Shown: in pieces, positions 26,050-35,956 of the stretch
How positions within the stretch are numbered: position 1 is the first letter of the stretch
Layout of the letters: every line of letters starts with the position of its first letter
Assembly (NCBI GenBank): GCA_944331805.1
Contig: CALVIS010000001.1
Coordinates: 1-59,400 of the forward strand
Direction of reading: 5' to 3'
Origin: an uncultured Bacilli bacterium
GTDB lineage: Bacteria; Bacillota_I; Bacilli_A; RF39; UBA660
Length of the DNA: 59,400 nucleotides
Notes under the pieces: generated by a model
What the model was told of the DNA's origin: nothing
Databases searched by the model: none
What the model saw: the letters and a program-made list of their open reading frames with translations, nothing else
Translations under genes and position numbers: made by a program

Positions 26050-27402
26050 ATGAAAAAAATACTTAATGATAATATTATAAAACTTGGTAACAATGTACTA
26101 TTATATTTCATAGCAAATACGATTTTAAAAATATTAAAGATGAATCTTTTTATCGCTAACTTTACTATACCAGTTCTTACTATTAAATATATTGGAGAAA
26201 TTTGTGTTAATAGATACAATAATAAGAAAAAGTTAAATCTAAGTAAAAAGAAATTAAAAGGAAAAGTAAACAGATTGAATATTGAGGGAATTTCTATTAA
26301 TGTCAACGACTTATTAGAAAATGAAATAACAAAAGAAAATCCTAATATTAAAGAGTTAAAAATAGAAAAGTCACAATCTAATCCTTACTTTAATTTTCTT
26401 AAAATACTTACTATATATATTCTTTTAAACTGTTTTAATTCTATAACTACCTCTTGTAACATTTTATTTAATGCTTCAACCACTGAAAAAGTTTTAGATT
26501 ACTTTGATGGAAAAGATAGTCTTAACAAAGAAGAACTAAATAATATTTTACATGACCTTGAAACTGAAACGATTAAAGTAACTAATGATAATAAGTTTAA
26601 ACTTGATAGTGTTGATACTAAAGAAGAAATTGATAATTATTTATTACTCAATGCTATCAATGATAATCCTTATGCTAATAAGAAAGAAAAAGAAGTAATG
26701 TATAACTTTTTAGATTTCTTTAATGATAACCCCTATTTAGATAAAGAAAAAACTTATCTTAATTTAGTTTATCTTGATTTTGACCGTAACTATAATCCCT
26801 TCTCTTCTGGAAAAGATAATAATAATGGCACTGTTACCTTAGCAGATTATGATTATGATGATATTACTTATTATACTAATCCTACTGAAGAAATAATTGC
26901 TCATGAAGTTACTCATGCTATTTTTGATACTATAACAATTCCTTCCGCTTATGTAGAAGGCTTTGCAAAAATAACAGAAAGTGAATATTTTACTAAAGAA
27001 GACGATAGTAATAATTCCTACAATAAGAACACTGCTGTTACTAAAGCTACTATAGAACTTATTGGCAAAGATAAATTTTTAAAGGCAATGAGTAATGATG
27101 ATATAAATATAATTAAAAATGCTTTATTAGATTTAAATGTTAATACTTGGTCTAATGATATTGAGGCAGAAAAAGAGATAGATAGTTTCCTAAATACTTT
27201 ATATAAAGGACTCAATGATAATGAAACTTATAGTGATATTGCAGATACTCTTATTAGTCTTGGTAGTGATTCTTTTACTGATATAGATAGATTTGGAAGA
27301 TTATGTACTTGTACTAATATTTTAAAAGTTGAAGACTATAATGTTTATCTTCCCTATTACTATTTTAATGAAGAAAAAGATAAGACTTTAACTCTTAATT
27401 AA
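26050..27402 (+). CDS. HExxH/EGFA zinc-metallopeptidase-like protein
   Basis: IIAHEVTHAIFDTITIPSAYVEGFAKI is HExxH followed 14 residues later by an EGFA-type Glu (gluzincin-like). Weakly hydrophobic N-terminal segments. Start overlaps or abuts the upstream stop. Confidence 0.5.
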   Translation: MKKILNDNIIKLGNNVLLYFIANTILKILKMNLFIANFTIPVLTIKYIGEICVNRYNNKKKLNLSKKKLKGKVNRLNIEGISINVNDLLENEITKENPNIKELKIEKSQSNPYFNFLKILTIYILLNCFNSITTSCNILFNASTTEKVLDYFDGKDSLNKEELNNILHDLETETIKVTNDNKFKLDSVDTKEEIDNYLLLNAINDNPYANKKEKEVMYNFLDFFNDNPYLDKEKTYLNLVYLDFDRNYNPFSSGKDNNNGTVTLADYDYDDITYYTNPTEEIIAHEVTHAIFDTITIPSAYVEGFAKITESEYFTKEDDSNNSYNKNTAVTKATIELIGKDKFLKAMSNDDINIIKNALLDLNVNTWSNDIEAEKEIDSFLNTLYKGLNDNETYSDIADTLISLGSDSFTDIDRFGRLCTCTNILKVEDYNVYLPYYYFNEEKDKTLTLN

Positions 27403-28028
27403 ACAACTAATTTAATTAAAGCCGGAGATAAGAATACTTCTATAAAACTACAACCTATAAATATTAATAAAACTGTTACATATACTTGTAGATATCTCTT
27501 CATAGAACTTCTTAGATTAATATCTACACCTCTAAATAAATATTTAAATAATTTAATACCAAAATAAAGGGCATAGAAGCCTAAAAATAAGCTCATTAAT
27601 AAAGTAATCAATTGATGAGGAAAAAGATAAGTAATGGCCTTTAAAATACCATTAAAATGATATGTATAAATGATAGATGATAAAGAAAAACCAAAGATAA
27701 AAGCAGATGATGCTAAACTAAAGATAATTAAAGGTATTCCTATAATAGATATACCTAATAAAAAGATAAATGTTACAAAAGAAATATTGCCAATTAAACT
27801 ATTAATTAAAGCACTCTTATAATCTATATCATTATTTTTTATACTAGTAAAGAAACTATCTAGACTTGTAGTTACTAAATTATGATCACTCTTATTTAAT
27901 ACAACAGCATATATAATACCAAGTATTAAACTTATAGTCATTACTATTATTAAAAAGATATATATTTTCTTTTGTTCTGCTAATTTGTTAGTTACTTTAT
28001 TCTTTACTTTTTTAAGTTTTAAATCCAT
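27399..28028 (-). CDS. spoIIM: stage II sporulation protein M-like membrane protein
   Basis: About 209 aa with 5 hydrophobic helices in a SpoIIM-like layout. The ATG at 28028 follows the RBS AGGTGA. Assigned by size and topology, with other sporulation genes in the window. Confidence 0.5.
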   Translation of the reverse strand: MDLKLKKVKNKVTNKLAEQKKIYIFLIIVMTISLILGIIYAVVLNKSDHNLVTTSLDSFFTSIKNNDIDYKSALINSLIGNISFVTFIFLLGISIIGIPLIIFSLASSAFIFGFSLSSIIYTYHFNGILKAITYLFPHQLITLLMSLFLGFYALYFGIKLFKYLFRGVDINLRSSMKRYLQVYVTVLLIFIGCSFIEVFLSPALIKLVV

Positions 28029-28130
28029 TATAATCACCTAGTAAATATTATTCAAAAAAGACTATTATTTACCTAAATTCATTTTACAAAAATAGACTTT
28101 TTATATATAATTAAAAATGAGGTGAAACAG

Positions 28131-28223
28131 ATGAATCAAAAGATAGTTAAAATAGTCTCTGCTATAATGTTAGTAGCAATACTAGCTGGTGTAATTAGTG
28201 TAATATTTTATTATGTAATATAA
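28131..28223 (+). CDS. possible 30-aa hydrophobic peptide
   Basis: RBS GAGGTGA 6 nt before the ATG. MNQKIVKIVSAIMLVAILAGVISVIFYYVI. Followed by the hairpin AAGAAATAG...CTATTTCTT. Confidence 0.3.
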   Translation: MNQKIVKIVSAIMLVAILAGVISVIFYYVI

Positions 28224-28247
28224 AAAAAGAAATAGGTTTTGTTTAAT

Positions 28248-29267
28248 CTATTTCTTTTTAAATTCAACAACTTTTCCATCAGTAATGTCATAATCACTAT
28301 TATCATTAAATACTACATCTTCCCTAAACAGTTCATTAATTAGTTTATCTATATCAGAAGTATATTTTTCTTTTAAGTATTCACTATCTTTTAAATCAAA
28401 TTCTTCTAAAACTTCTTCAAGTCCAAATACATTTTCTAAATGATACTTACGAATTATTTTATCTAAAACAGCATAGATATCAAAATAGAATTTTCCCCTA
28501 TATTCTTCTGCAAATTTATCAACTACTTGATAAACTATCGCTACTCGTTGCTGATTAACTCTATTAATATAATTATCCCAATTATTCTTAACTAAATCTA
28601 AGTCTTTATCTAAATTATCTAAAAGATATAAATGACCCTCTAAATATTCTTTTAAATAAAAATCTAAATTACCAATATAATCTAATAAATACTTAATATT
28701 CCCTATTTTAATCAATTTTTCTTTATCTTTAATATTTTTATGAACCATTTCTTCAAAATTCTTATCTTGATAAAATATTTCATATAAAAAACATATAGCA
28801 TAGTAATCAAGTATTAAAGGCTTGTCTTCATACTTAGATAAAACTACTTCAAAACCAAGACCTATTAATTCTTCAAGTTCTTTATCACTATTTTGAACTG
28901 CTCCTACTTCTACTCTATCTTCAGCATAAAAACCAGTTCTATATATTTTATAGTTATTAAAGACATCTTTATCTATAGAAGCCATTAAAACGATAATCTC
29001 TTTATATTCTAAACTATCTCTATCTAAACTATCTAATAAGTAATCAGCATCTTCCTGATAGACATCTAAGTTATCTTTAAAGTTAAGTAACATATATTTA
29101 ATAACATCATAACTTCTTCTATAAGATATATCTAAATAACTATAATATGATATATCATGAGATAATTTTAAAGCATCAAAAAGAAAGTTATTATCACTTT
29201 CTAATTCTTCTAAATTATCTATATCATTACCAAGAATATAATTATATATTAATCTTTTTGAATACAT
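28248..29267 (-). CDS. hypothetical acidic protein
   Basis: 339 aa, Asp/Glu/Tyr-rich, with no recognised motif. RBS TAGGAG. Confidence 0.5.
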   Translation of the reverse strand: MYSKRLIYNYILGNDIDNLEELESDNNFLFDALKLSHDISYYSYLDISYRRSYDVIKYMLLNFKDNLDVYQEDADYLLDSLDRDSLEYKEIIVLMASIDKDVFNNYKIYRTGFYAEDRVEVGAVQNSDKELEELIGLGFEVVLSKYEDKPLILDYYAICFLYEIFYQDKNFEEMVHKNIKDKEKLIKIGNIKYLLDYIGNLDFYLKEYLEGHLYLLDNLDKDLDLVKNNWDNYINRVNQQRVAIVYQVVDKFAEEYRGKFYFDIYAVLDKIIRKYHLENVFGLEEVLEEFDLKDSEYLKEKYTSDIDKLINELFREDVVFNDNSDYDITDGKVVEFKKK

Positions 29268-29274
29268 AATAACT

Positions 29275-29382
29275 CCTATTTAAACAACTTAGTAGTATTA
29301 ACTCTCTTGTTATTAGAAAAACAACTTACTTTCTTAACATTTTTCTTTTTATTATAATTTCCTTTAACTTTTCTTATTTCCA
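29275..29382 (-). CDS. possible 35-aa basic peptide
   Basis: RBS AAGGGGAG. MEIRKVKGNYNKKKNVKKVSCFSNNKRVNTTKLFK. Fills the gap between two same-strand genes. Confidence 0.25.
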
Positions 29383-29392
29383 TAAACTCCCC

Positions 29393-29695
29393 TTACCTTT
29401 CTATATATCCTTCTATTTCTGGTGTTATATCACTAACTAACAAATCACTAGTATCATACTTTAATACTATATCATTAAGCCTTTTCTTATCTTTAGCAAG
29501 ATATAATATAAGAAGTCCTGCAATTCTATTAGCAGTATATTGATTTAATTTATAAACATCACTTGGATTAATATTATATTTCCTAATAATATCGTTAATT
29601 GGGCCATATTTATATATATAATTAATATAACTTCTAGTAATTAACTCTATATTTTTATCTTTTTTTAAAAATTTAGCAGTTTTCCATACTTTCAT
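29393..29695 (-). CDS. hypothetical 100-aa protein
   Basis: RBS AAGGGGGA. No recognised motif. Confidence 0.45.
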   Translation of the reverse strand: MKVWKTAKFLKKDKNIELITRSYINYIYKYGPINDIIRKYNINPSDVYKLNQYTANRIAGLLILYLAKDKKRLNDIVLKYDTSDLLVSDITPEIEGYIER

Positions 29696-29813
29696 AGTAT
29701 TCCCCCTTAATTAGCTCTATATTATATCATATTTGATTAATATTGGCAAGATTTAACACGTCTTTTTTTCTTAAAACGCTCCATAATAGTAATGTAGCTA
29801 AGGAGTGATTAAA

Positions 29814-30821
29814 ATGCATTTTTTAAAAAAATTAAAGCTACAAATAATTTTTCCTCTTCTTATACTCTTTATTATGCCCATAAACATCTATGCTTATTCC
29901 AAATATATTATCCCAGGTGGAGAAACCATTGGTATAGAAGTTAATTCTAAAGGTGTTTTAGTAGTTGGCTTTTATGAAGTAGATAGCAAATATATTGGAA
30001 AAGATGCAGGATTTCTAATTGGTGATACTATTACAGAAATTAATAATACCAAAGTAAATAATATAGATGAAATGGTAAAAGCAGTAAATGAAGAAGCAGA
30101 TAGTAATAATCAGTTAGATGTAACTATTATTAGAAATGGTAAGTCTTCTAATTTAACTTTAGATATGATTTGTGATAGTGATGCCGTCTGTAAAACAGGT
30201 CTTTATGTAAAAGATGAAATAACAGGAATTGGTACACTTACTTATATCGACCCTAAGACTACTATATTCGGTGCTTTAGGTCATGAAATAACTGAAAGAA
30301 CTACTGGTGAAAAATTCGAGATAAAAGATGGAAAAATCTTTAAAGCAACTGTAACTGATAATACTAGAAGTGAGAATGGTTCACCAGGTGAAAAGAATGC
30401 TACTTATGATGAATCTGTAACTTATGGTAAGATTAATTCCAATGAAGAATCTGGAATATTCGGTGAATATACAAGTGAACTCTTAAATACTGAAACTTTA
30501 GAAGTAGGAACCAAAGATGATGTTAAGAAAGGTGAAGCGATAATTAGGACTGTTATAAATGGTAATGAAGTAAAAGAATATAAGATAAATATTTTAAATG
30601 TTAATAAAGATACTGATATTAAAAATATTCTTTTTGAAATAACAGATAAAGAACTTTTAAATGAAACTGGAGGTGTCATCCAAGGTATGAGTGGTTCCCC
30701 TATTATCCAGAATAATAAGATAGTTGGAGCGGTTACTCATGTTATTGTAAGTGATGCTAAGAAAGGGTATGGTATTTTTATAACAACTATGTTAGAAGAA
30801 GGAGATAAGAGTGCTAGCTAA
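29814..30821 (+). CDS. spoIVB: SpoIVB peptidase (S55)
   Basis: N-terminal signal/TM, PDZ-like segment (GFLIGDTITEINNTKV), and catalytic GALGHEI ... GMSGSPI. The ATG at 29814 lies 8 nt after the RBS AAGGAG. Confidence 0.85.
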   Translation: MHFLKKLKLQIIFPLLILFIMPINIYAYSKYIIPGGETIGIEVNSKGVLVVGFYEVDSKYIGKDAGFLIGDTITEINNTKVNNIDEMVKAVNEEADSNNQLDVTIIRNGKSSNLTLDMICDSDAVCKTGLYVKDEITGIGTLTYIDPKTTIFGALGHEITERTTGEKFEIKDGKIFKATVTDNTRSENGSPGEKNATYDESVTYGKINSNEESGIFGEYTSELLNTETLEVGTKDDVKKGEAIIRTVINGNEVKEYKINILNVNKDTDIKNILFEITDKELLNETGGVIQGMSGSPIIQNNKIVGAVTHVIVSDAKKGYGIFITTMLEEGDKSAS

Positions 30822-30861
30822 TGCTAACACTCTTTTTAATAAAAAATAACTAAATTAATAG

Positions 30862-31299
30862 TTACTTTTCTTTAGACATATCATTTAATTGAGCAGAAAT
30901 AGCGATACCTAAACGCATATTATGTTTGACATTTTCACTTAATTCTTGCTCTTTTTTAATATCGTCTAACATACTAATACATAGTGCTATTTGTTCTACA
31001 ACACCAATATTCTCCATAATAGATTCATACTTAACAAAAGTATCACCATAGAAAATCATTCCATCTATTATAGGAATTCTATCCTCTAAGCTAAAATTAG
31101 GATTGCAATAATAAGATGATATAGCTATATAAATATTACTTTTAAATATTTCTGGATTAAATTTGCCATCTATTTCACTAGTTAATAATAATCTGTCATA
31201 TATAGTATCACTTTCTTTTTTAATTCCTACAATATCATTACTCATTTTAGCATCAGCAATAGCATCAAAAAGTTGTAATTTTAAATCATTTAAATCCAT
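30862..31299 (-). CDS. hypothetical 145-aa protein
   Basis: RBS GGAGGGAG. No recognised motif. Confidence 0.45.
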   Translation of the reverse strand: MDLNDLKLQLFDAIADAKMSNDIVGIKKESDTIYDRLLLTSEIDGKFNPEIFKSNIYIAISSYYCNPNFSLEDRIPIIDGMIFYGDTFVKYESIMENIGVVEQIALCISMLDDIKKEQELSENVKHNMRLGIAISAQLNDMSKEK

Positions 31300-31525
31300 T
31301 ATAATCTCCCTCCAAAAGTAGCTTTAGTATACTACTTTTTACTAAAAAAAACAAGTACTTTTTTTTAATGCCATCTTATTAAGATGTTACAGTTCAGATA
31401 GAAAAGACTAAATAAAGTCAAATCTATCTTTTTTATTACTATTTTACTAGAAGATAAAAGAAAATAAAAGACTATCAATTAAAATATATTTTGTTTATAT
31501 TTAAATTCAAAGGTAGGTATTTAAT

Positions 31526-32239
31526 ATGACAACAAAAGGATATGTAAATGATTTTTATAAACAATTTGAAGAATTAAATAAAAAGTTAGATAAAGCAAAT
31601 AGTACTATCTTTAATATGTCATTAACAATATCTGAATTAAATGATAATAATAAGAAACTTGCAAAAGAACTAGAAAAAGCAAATCAAAAGGTTCAAGAAT
31701 TGTTACTAGAAATAGAAAGATTAAAAAACAATAACAATAAAGATAGTTCTAATTCTAGTAAACCTTCTTCTACTAATGGATATAAAAAAGTAATTACTAA
31801 TAATCGCGTGAAATCAGGTAAAAAACAAGGTGGTCAAGTTGGTCATAAAGGAGAAACTTTAACTAAAGAAAAAATAGATAAAATGATAGAAAATAAAGAA
31901 ATTGATAGAATAATAACAGTAGAAGAAAATAATACACCAATTGTAACTTATGAAATAGATATTAAAGTAGAAAAAGTCTTAATAAAACATGTTTACTATC
32001 CAACTACTCCCCAAAACATTACTTCTAGTCCAGTAATATATGGAAACAATATAAAATCAATATGTGCCTTAATGTATATGAAAGGCTCTTCTTTAGATGC
32101 GATAAAATCATTAGTAGGTGAATTTACTTATAATAAATTAACTCCATCAAAAAGTTCTATATATAATTGGATTCATGGACTATCAGATGTATTATCTAAT
32201 ACAGAATATGAAAAAATAAAAAAAGTGTACTTAAATTAA
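31526..32239 (+). pseudogene. IS66-family transposase, N-terminal fragment only
   Basis: Coiled-coil/leucine-zipper start (LAKELEKANQKVQELLLEIERLKNNN), then SKPSSTNGYKK...GKKQGGQVGHKGETL, typical of the IS66 TnpC N-terminus. The ORF stops at 237 aa, before any DDE region. Confidence 0.7.
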
Positions 32240-32360
32240 TTATTGCTTTTCCTTTTACACATCTTTAATATTCTAGATAATCCAATTTTTTTAAATCATA
32301 GATATAACTAAGGAATATTACTTTATTGTTATCATTAACTTTTATATATAATTACTTTCT

Positions 32361-33020
32361 TCAATTTAAAAATCCTCTTGGTACCATTATCTTAGTTAAT
32401 AGTTTTTGTTTATCTTCTATAGTTATTTTTGGAAGAGTATCATATTCTACCTTAAAAGGCATTATTGTATATTCTTCAGGAATTAAAGTCCTTTTATCAA
32501 TAGAGAAAAATGGGTAGTTATTACAACTTAATGCAGATGAAAAATAACTATCTTTTAAATCAAATATTGAACTTACAGATTTAATAGTATTTTCTTTATT
32601 AAAATATTTAACACTATTTTCTACAATATTATCTATTTCTTTAGAAAACTTTCTTCCTATATTTCTATGTCTAATTAATTTCATATTAGCAAGTATTGAT
32701 GGTTCACTACTTGCATACCAATTAATTTTATAAATATTTTTTTCTTTATCTTTAGTTAAATAATATGAAGAATCACCAACATTAAAAGTTAAATTCTTGT
32801 GATAATCACTATAAGAAATATCACTTATATCACTATAAGCATTTTCAATTTTTTCTCTATCACTTTCTATTCTAGACTCACATATATCAAAACGTTCTCT
32901 TAATCCTTCTAAACGTTCTTTCAAACTGATTAAATTTTCTTTACTATAACCAAAATATGTAGCTTCATCTACATCACTATCTAAAAATTTTCTAAACTCT
33001 TTATAAGTTATTTCTTCCAT
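32361..33020 (-). CDS. hypothetical 219-aa protein
   Basis: Begins 2 nt after the DUF1653 gene. No recognised motif. Confidence 0.45.
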   Translation of the reverse strand: MEEITYKEFRKFLDSDVDEATYFGYSKENLISLKERLEGLRERFDICESRIESDREKIENAYSDISDISYSDYHKNLTFNVGDSSYYLTKDKEKNIYKINWYASSEPSILANMKLIRHRNIGRKFSKEIDNIVENSVKYFNKENTIKSVSSIFDLKDSYFSSALSCNNYPFFSIDKRTLIPEEYTIMPFKVEYDTLPKITIEDKQKLLTKIMVPRGFLN

Positions 33021-33022
33021 AT

Positions 33023-33283
33023 CTATTCTCCTTTAAAATTTTCTCTTTTACTATATGGTTCTATAAGTTCGAACTTATAAACTTGTTCTACATTAGGATA
33101 CTTTTCATGATTAACTTTCCCCATAAAATCTTTTAAAGGCCTAACCCAACAACTTCCATCTTCATATAATTTTCTATAAATTACTACATCTTCTAAGGTT
33201 TCACAGTCTTTAGCAATTTCTTCTACTAAATAGTAATCTCCTTTAAAGTGTTTATAAATACCATGTATTTTAATCTCTCTCAT
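33023..33283 (-). CDS. DUF1653-like protein
   Basis: GIYKHFKGDYYLVEEIAKDCETLEDVVIYRKLYEDGSCWVRPLKDF matches the DUF1653 pattern (YxHYKG..Y...A.hsET...VvY..LY....WvRP...F). Confidence 0.6.
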   Translation of the reverse strand: MREIKIHGIYKHFKGDYYLVEEIAKDCETLEDVVIYRKLYEDGSCWVRPLKDFMGKVNHEKYPNVEQVYKFELIEPYSKRENFKGE

Positions 33284-33285
33284 AA

Positions 33286-33516
33286 TTATGCTTCTACTTC
33301 TCCTTTGAACTCAGATAAACTTCCATCTTCGTTAACTATAGATGTAAGTGCTTTCTCAGCGTTCTTTAAATCTTTATCACATTCACTAGCAAGTTTAGTT
33401 GCTTTTGTAAAATAATCTATCGCTTTATCTAAAGGAACATCTCCATTTTCTAAGGCTTTAACAAGATTTTCTAATTCGGTTATTTTTTCTTCAAATTTCA
33501 TTTCTTTTTTTTCCAT
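33286..33516 (-). CDS. xseB: exodeoxyribonuclease VII small subunit
   Basis: 76 aa. FEEKITELENLVKALENGDVPLDKAIDYF is the typical XseB helix-hairpin. Directly follows xseA. Confidence 0.88.
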   Translation of the reverse strand: MEKKEMKFEEKITELENLVKALENGDVPLDKAIDYFTKATKLASECDKDLKNAEKALTSIVNEDGSLSEFKGEVEA

Positions 33517-33527
33517 AATTATTCCTC

Positions 33528-34781
33528 CTACTTTATGATAGCTTCCTTACTGCCATCTTTTAATTCTATATTTATTAAATCATCTTTTTTTAAGTCTTTA
33601 ATACTAGTTATAGCTTTATCACCAATTTTAACAATACCATAACCCCTCTCAAGTGTTTTTAAAGGTGATAAGGCATCTAATTTACTTAATAATAATGCAT
33701 ATTTTTGTTTAGTCTTATCTAATATTACTAAAGGATTACTAAACAAAGGTCTTGTTTTAATATTATTTAGTTTAATCTTTTCTTTATCAATAATATTTTT
33801 ATAGTTTTTAACCAAGCTTTCTGTCAAATAATCAAGTTTTTGAATCTTAGCAGAGTATAAATCTAAAGGATTATTTAATATGTAATGTCCTTTAATACTA
33901 TCAAGTTTCTTCTTCTTTAATTCTAGTATTGTTCCTACTGCTTTCCTACTTCTTAAATTTAACTGATTAATATAATTTATAACATCAGTCTTATTAGGAA
34001 CTGCAATCTCTGCCGCTCCAGTAGGTGTAGGTGCTCTAAGGTCTGCTACAAAGTCTGCTATAGTAAAGTCTATTTCATGACCTACGGCACTAATTATCGG
34101 TATAGGACATTCAAAAATAGCACGAGCCACTATCTCTTCATTAAAGGCCCATAAATCTTCAATAGAACCTCCACCCCTACCTACTATTAGAACATCAAGA
34201 TTATAATCTTTAGCTCGCTCTATTTGCCTTACAATATCTTCTTTAGCACCTTCTCCTTGTACTAAACTAGGAAAAAGTATTACTTCTGTTAAAGGAAATC
34301 TTCTATTAATAGTAGATATTATATCACGAATAGCAGCACCTGTTGGTGCAGTTATTACTCCTACCCTTTCTGGTATTTTAGGTATTCTTTTTTTTCTAGC
34401 CTCATCAAATAATCCTTCTGAAGCTAACTTTTTCTTTAACTGTTCAAAAGCTACATAAAGATTACCTACTCCATCTTCCATCATTTCATTAACATAGATT
34501 TGATATCCCCCTGTCGCTTCATAAACAGATATTCTTCCAGTTACAAGAATCTTCATACCATCTTCAGGAGTGAACTTTACTTTGCTAGCACTACTTGCAA
34601 ACATGACTGCATTAATCCTACTACCTTCATCTTTAATTGTAAAATAAAAGTGACCCCTAGTATGAGCTTTAAAGTTAGATATTTCTCCTTTTAAATATAC
34701 TTCTCTTAAGTTTACATCGTTATCTAATTTATATTTAATATATTTAGTTAACTGACTAACTGTTAAGTATTCTTTATTCAT
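33528..34781 (-). CDS. xseA: exodeoxyribonuclease VII large subunit
   Basis: OB-fold N-terminus (VYLKGEISNFKAHTRGHFYFTIKDE), catalytic core (GVITAPTGAAIRDI, VGRGGGSIEDLWAFNEE, GHEIDFTIADFVADLRAPTPT). Confidence 0.94.
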   Translation of the reverse strand: MNKEYLTVSQLTKYIKYKLDNDVNLREVYLKGEISNFKAHTRGHFYFTIKDEGSRINAVMFASSASKVKFTPEDGMKILVTGRISVYEATGGYQIYVNEMMEDGVGNLYVAFEQLKKKLASEGLFDEARKKRIPKIPERVGVITAPTGAAIRDIISTINRRFPLTEVILFPSLVQGEGAKEDIVRQIERAKDYNLDVLIVGRGGGSIEDLWAFNEEIVARAIFECPIPIISAVGHEIDFTIADFVADLRAPTPTGAAEIAVPNKTDVINYINQLNLRSRKAVGTILELKKKKLDSIKGHYILNNPLDLYSAKIQKLDYLTESLVKNYKNIIDKEKIKLNNIKTRPLFSNPLVILDKTKQKYALLLSKLDALSPLKTLERGYGIVKIGDKAITSIKDLKKDDLINIELKDGSKEAIIK

Positions 34782-35190
34782 TTACATCCTCACTATGATA
34801 AATATTATCTAAAACCCCATTTAACATCTTAGTAATTTTCTCATCACTATATTTTTTAGATATTTCTATCCATTCATTAATACTAACAATGCTAGGAGTA
34901 TCTAGATATTTTAATTCATAACTAGAAAGAAGAAATAAAGCTTGATCTACTTTATTAAGTCTATTAAGTGCCCAATCAGACATATATTTATTAACTAAAT
35001 CAGTTAATTCATCTTTTTTTTCTATAACACCATTAACTAGGGAATTAACAAAATCATTTTCTACTTCATATTCTTCTTTAATTAAATCATTTACATCATA
35101 ATATACTTTAGCATCATCAAATATATTTATCTTATAAATTATACGAAGAGCTATTTCTCTTACTTCATTTCTTGTTTTCAAAAGTATCAC
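34774..35190 (-). CDS. nusB: transcription antitermination factor NusB
   Basis: REIALRIIYKINIF..., ALNRLNKVDQALFLLSSYEL. Overlaps xseA by 8 nt. The start is uncertain: GTG at 35190 or TTG at 35181. Confidence 0.85.
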   Translation of the reverse strand: MILLKTRNEVREIALRIIYKINIFDDAKVYYDVNDLIKEEYEVENDFVNSLVNGVIEKKDELTDLVNKYMSDWALNRLNKVDQALFLLSSYELKYLDTPSIVSINEWIEISKKYSDEKITKMLNGVLDNIYHSEDVNE

Positions 35191-35296
35191 TCGCTTTCTT
35201 ACTTTATTTTATCAAAAAAAGTCACATATGAAAAGAGCAAACATTATAAAATGTTTGTTCTATTAATTATTATTATACTTTTAATCATATACAACT

Positions 35297-35330
35297 AAGA
35301 AAAACGCCCTATTACAACTTTGTAATTAGG
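35297..35330 (-). terminator. rho-independent terminator upstream of nusB
   Basis: Minus strand reads CCCTAATTACAA-AG-TTGTAATAGGG (one bulge), followed by CGTTTTTC. Confidence 0.5.
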
Positions 35331-35422
35331 GTGTTCACTCAAAAACATTGGAGGTAACACCCAAAAGCAGAACTAGGTATTCCTCTTTTTTATAATATGT
35401 AAATTTTCTTTACATATACATA

Positions 35423-35956
35423 TTACCATAAATATTGCTTTCTAGCAAGTAGCTTTAATAATCTAAAACTATTGACTGGTCTATATAAAAGAAATAAAAA
35501 CGAAGTCATTATAGTACTTGTAAACAAAAGAAAATTAATAGTAGTAATATTTTGATATAGTATTAAATTTAAAACTGTAAGCATAAAGAAAGCAATTAGT
35601 AAGATAAAGTATTTAATTCTAAATGATTTATTCTTCTTATACATTTCTCTTAGTTTATCTAAAGACACTTTCTTACCTTTTTCTTTAAAAATATCTTTAA
35701 TAGTAGAATTGGCAATAAGTGTTATAACTATACCAAAGATAATTCCAACTAGTACTATAAATAGATATGAATATGGTAAATAATAACTAAAACAAGCGAA
35801 AGTAAGATAGAAAATAAATCCTATAATAATGCCTATTATTCCCATTATGTTACAATTATTATTTTTATTATAACTAGTATAAACTAATTTATCATTAAAA
35901 TTATAATAGTAGTTTATATTCTTTTTAGTATCTTTATATATTAATACATAATTCAT
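35423..35956 (-). CDS. hypothetical membrane protein (about 4 TM)
   Basis: 177 aa with hydrophobic helices. Overlaps the upstream gene by 1 nt. Confidence 0.5.
   Translation of the reverse strand: MNYVLIYKDTKKNINYYYNFNDKLVYTSYNKNNNCNIMGIIGIIIGFIFYLTFACFSYYLPYSYLFIVLVGIIFGIVITLIANSTIKDIFKEKGKKVSLDKLREMYKKNKSFRIKYFILLIAFFMLTVLNLILYQNITTINFLLFTSTIMTSFLFLLYRPVNSFRLLKLLARKQYLW

Noticed and set aside
18805-33283. A prophage or integrative element spanning the unknown genes between deoB and xseB.
   Set aside because: There are no integrase, terminase, portal or capsid-like ORFs. Housekeeping genes (mnmA, spoIIM, spoIVB) are interspersed. The only mobile signatures are an IS66 stub and, elsewhere, one IS.
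35233-35260. Second hairpin (GAGCAAACATT-ATAA-AATGTTTGTTC) upstream of nusB as an attenuator or riboswitch.
   Set aside because: On the coding (minus) strand it has a C-A mismatch and only a T4 tail. There is no conserved leader motif. It is probably an accessory terminator or a chance palindrome.
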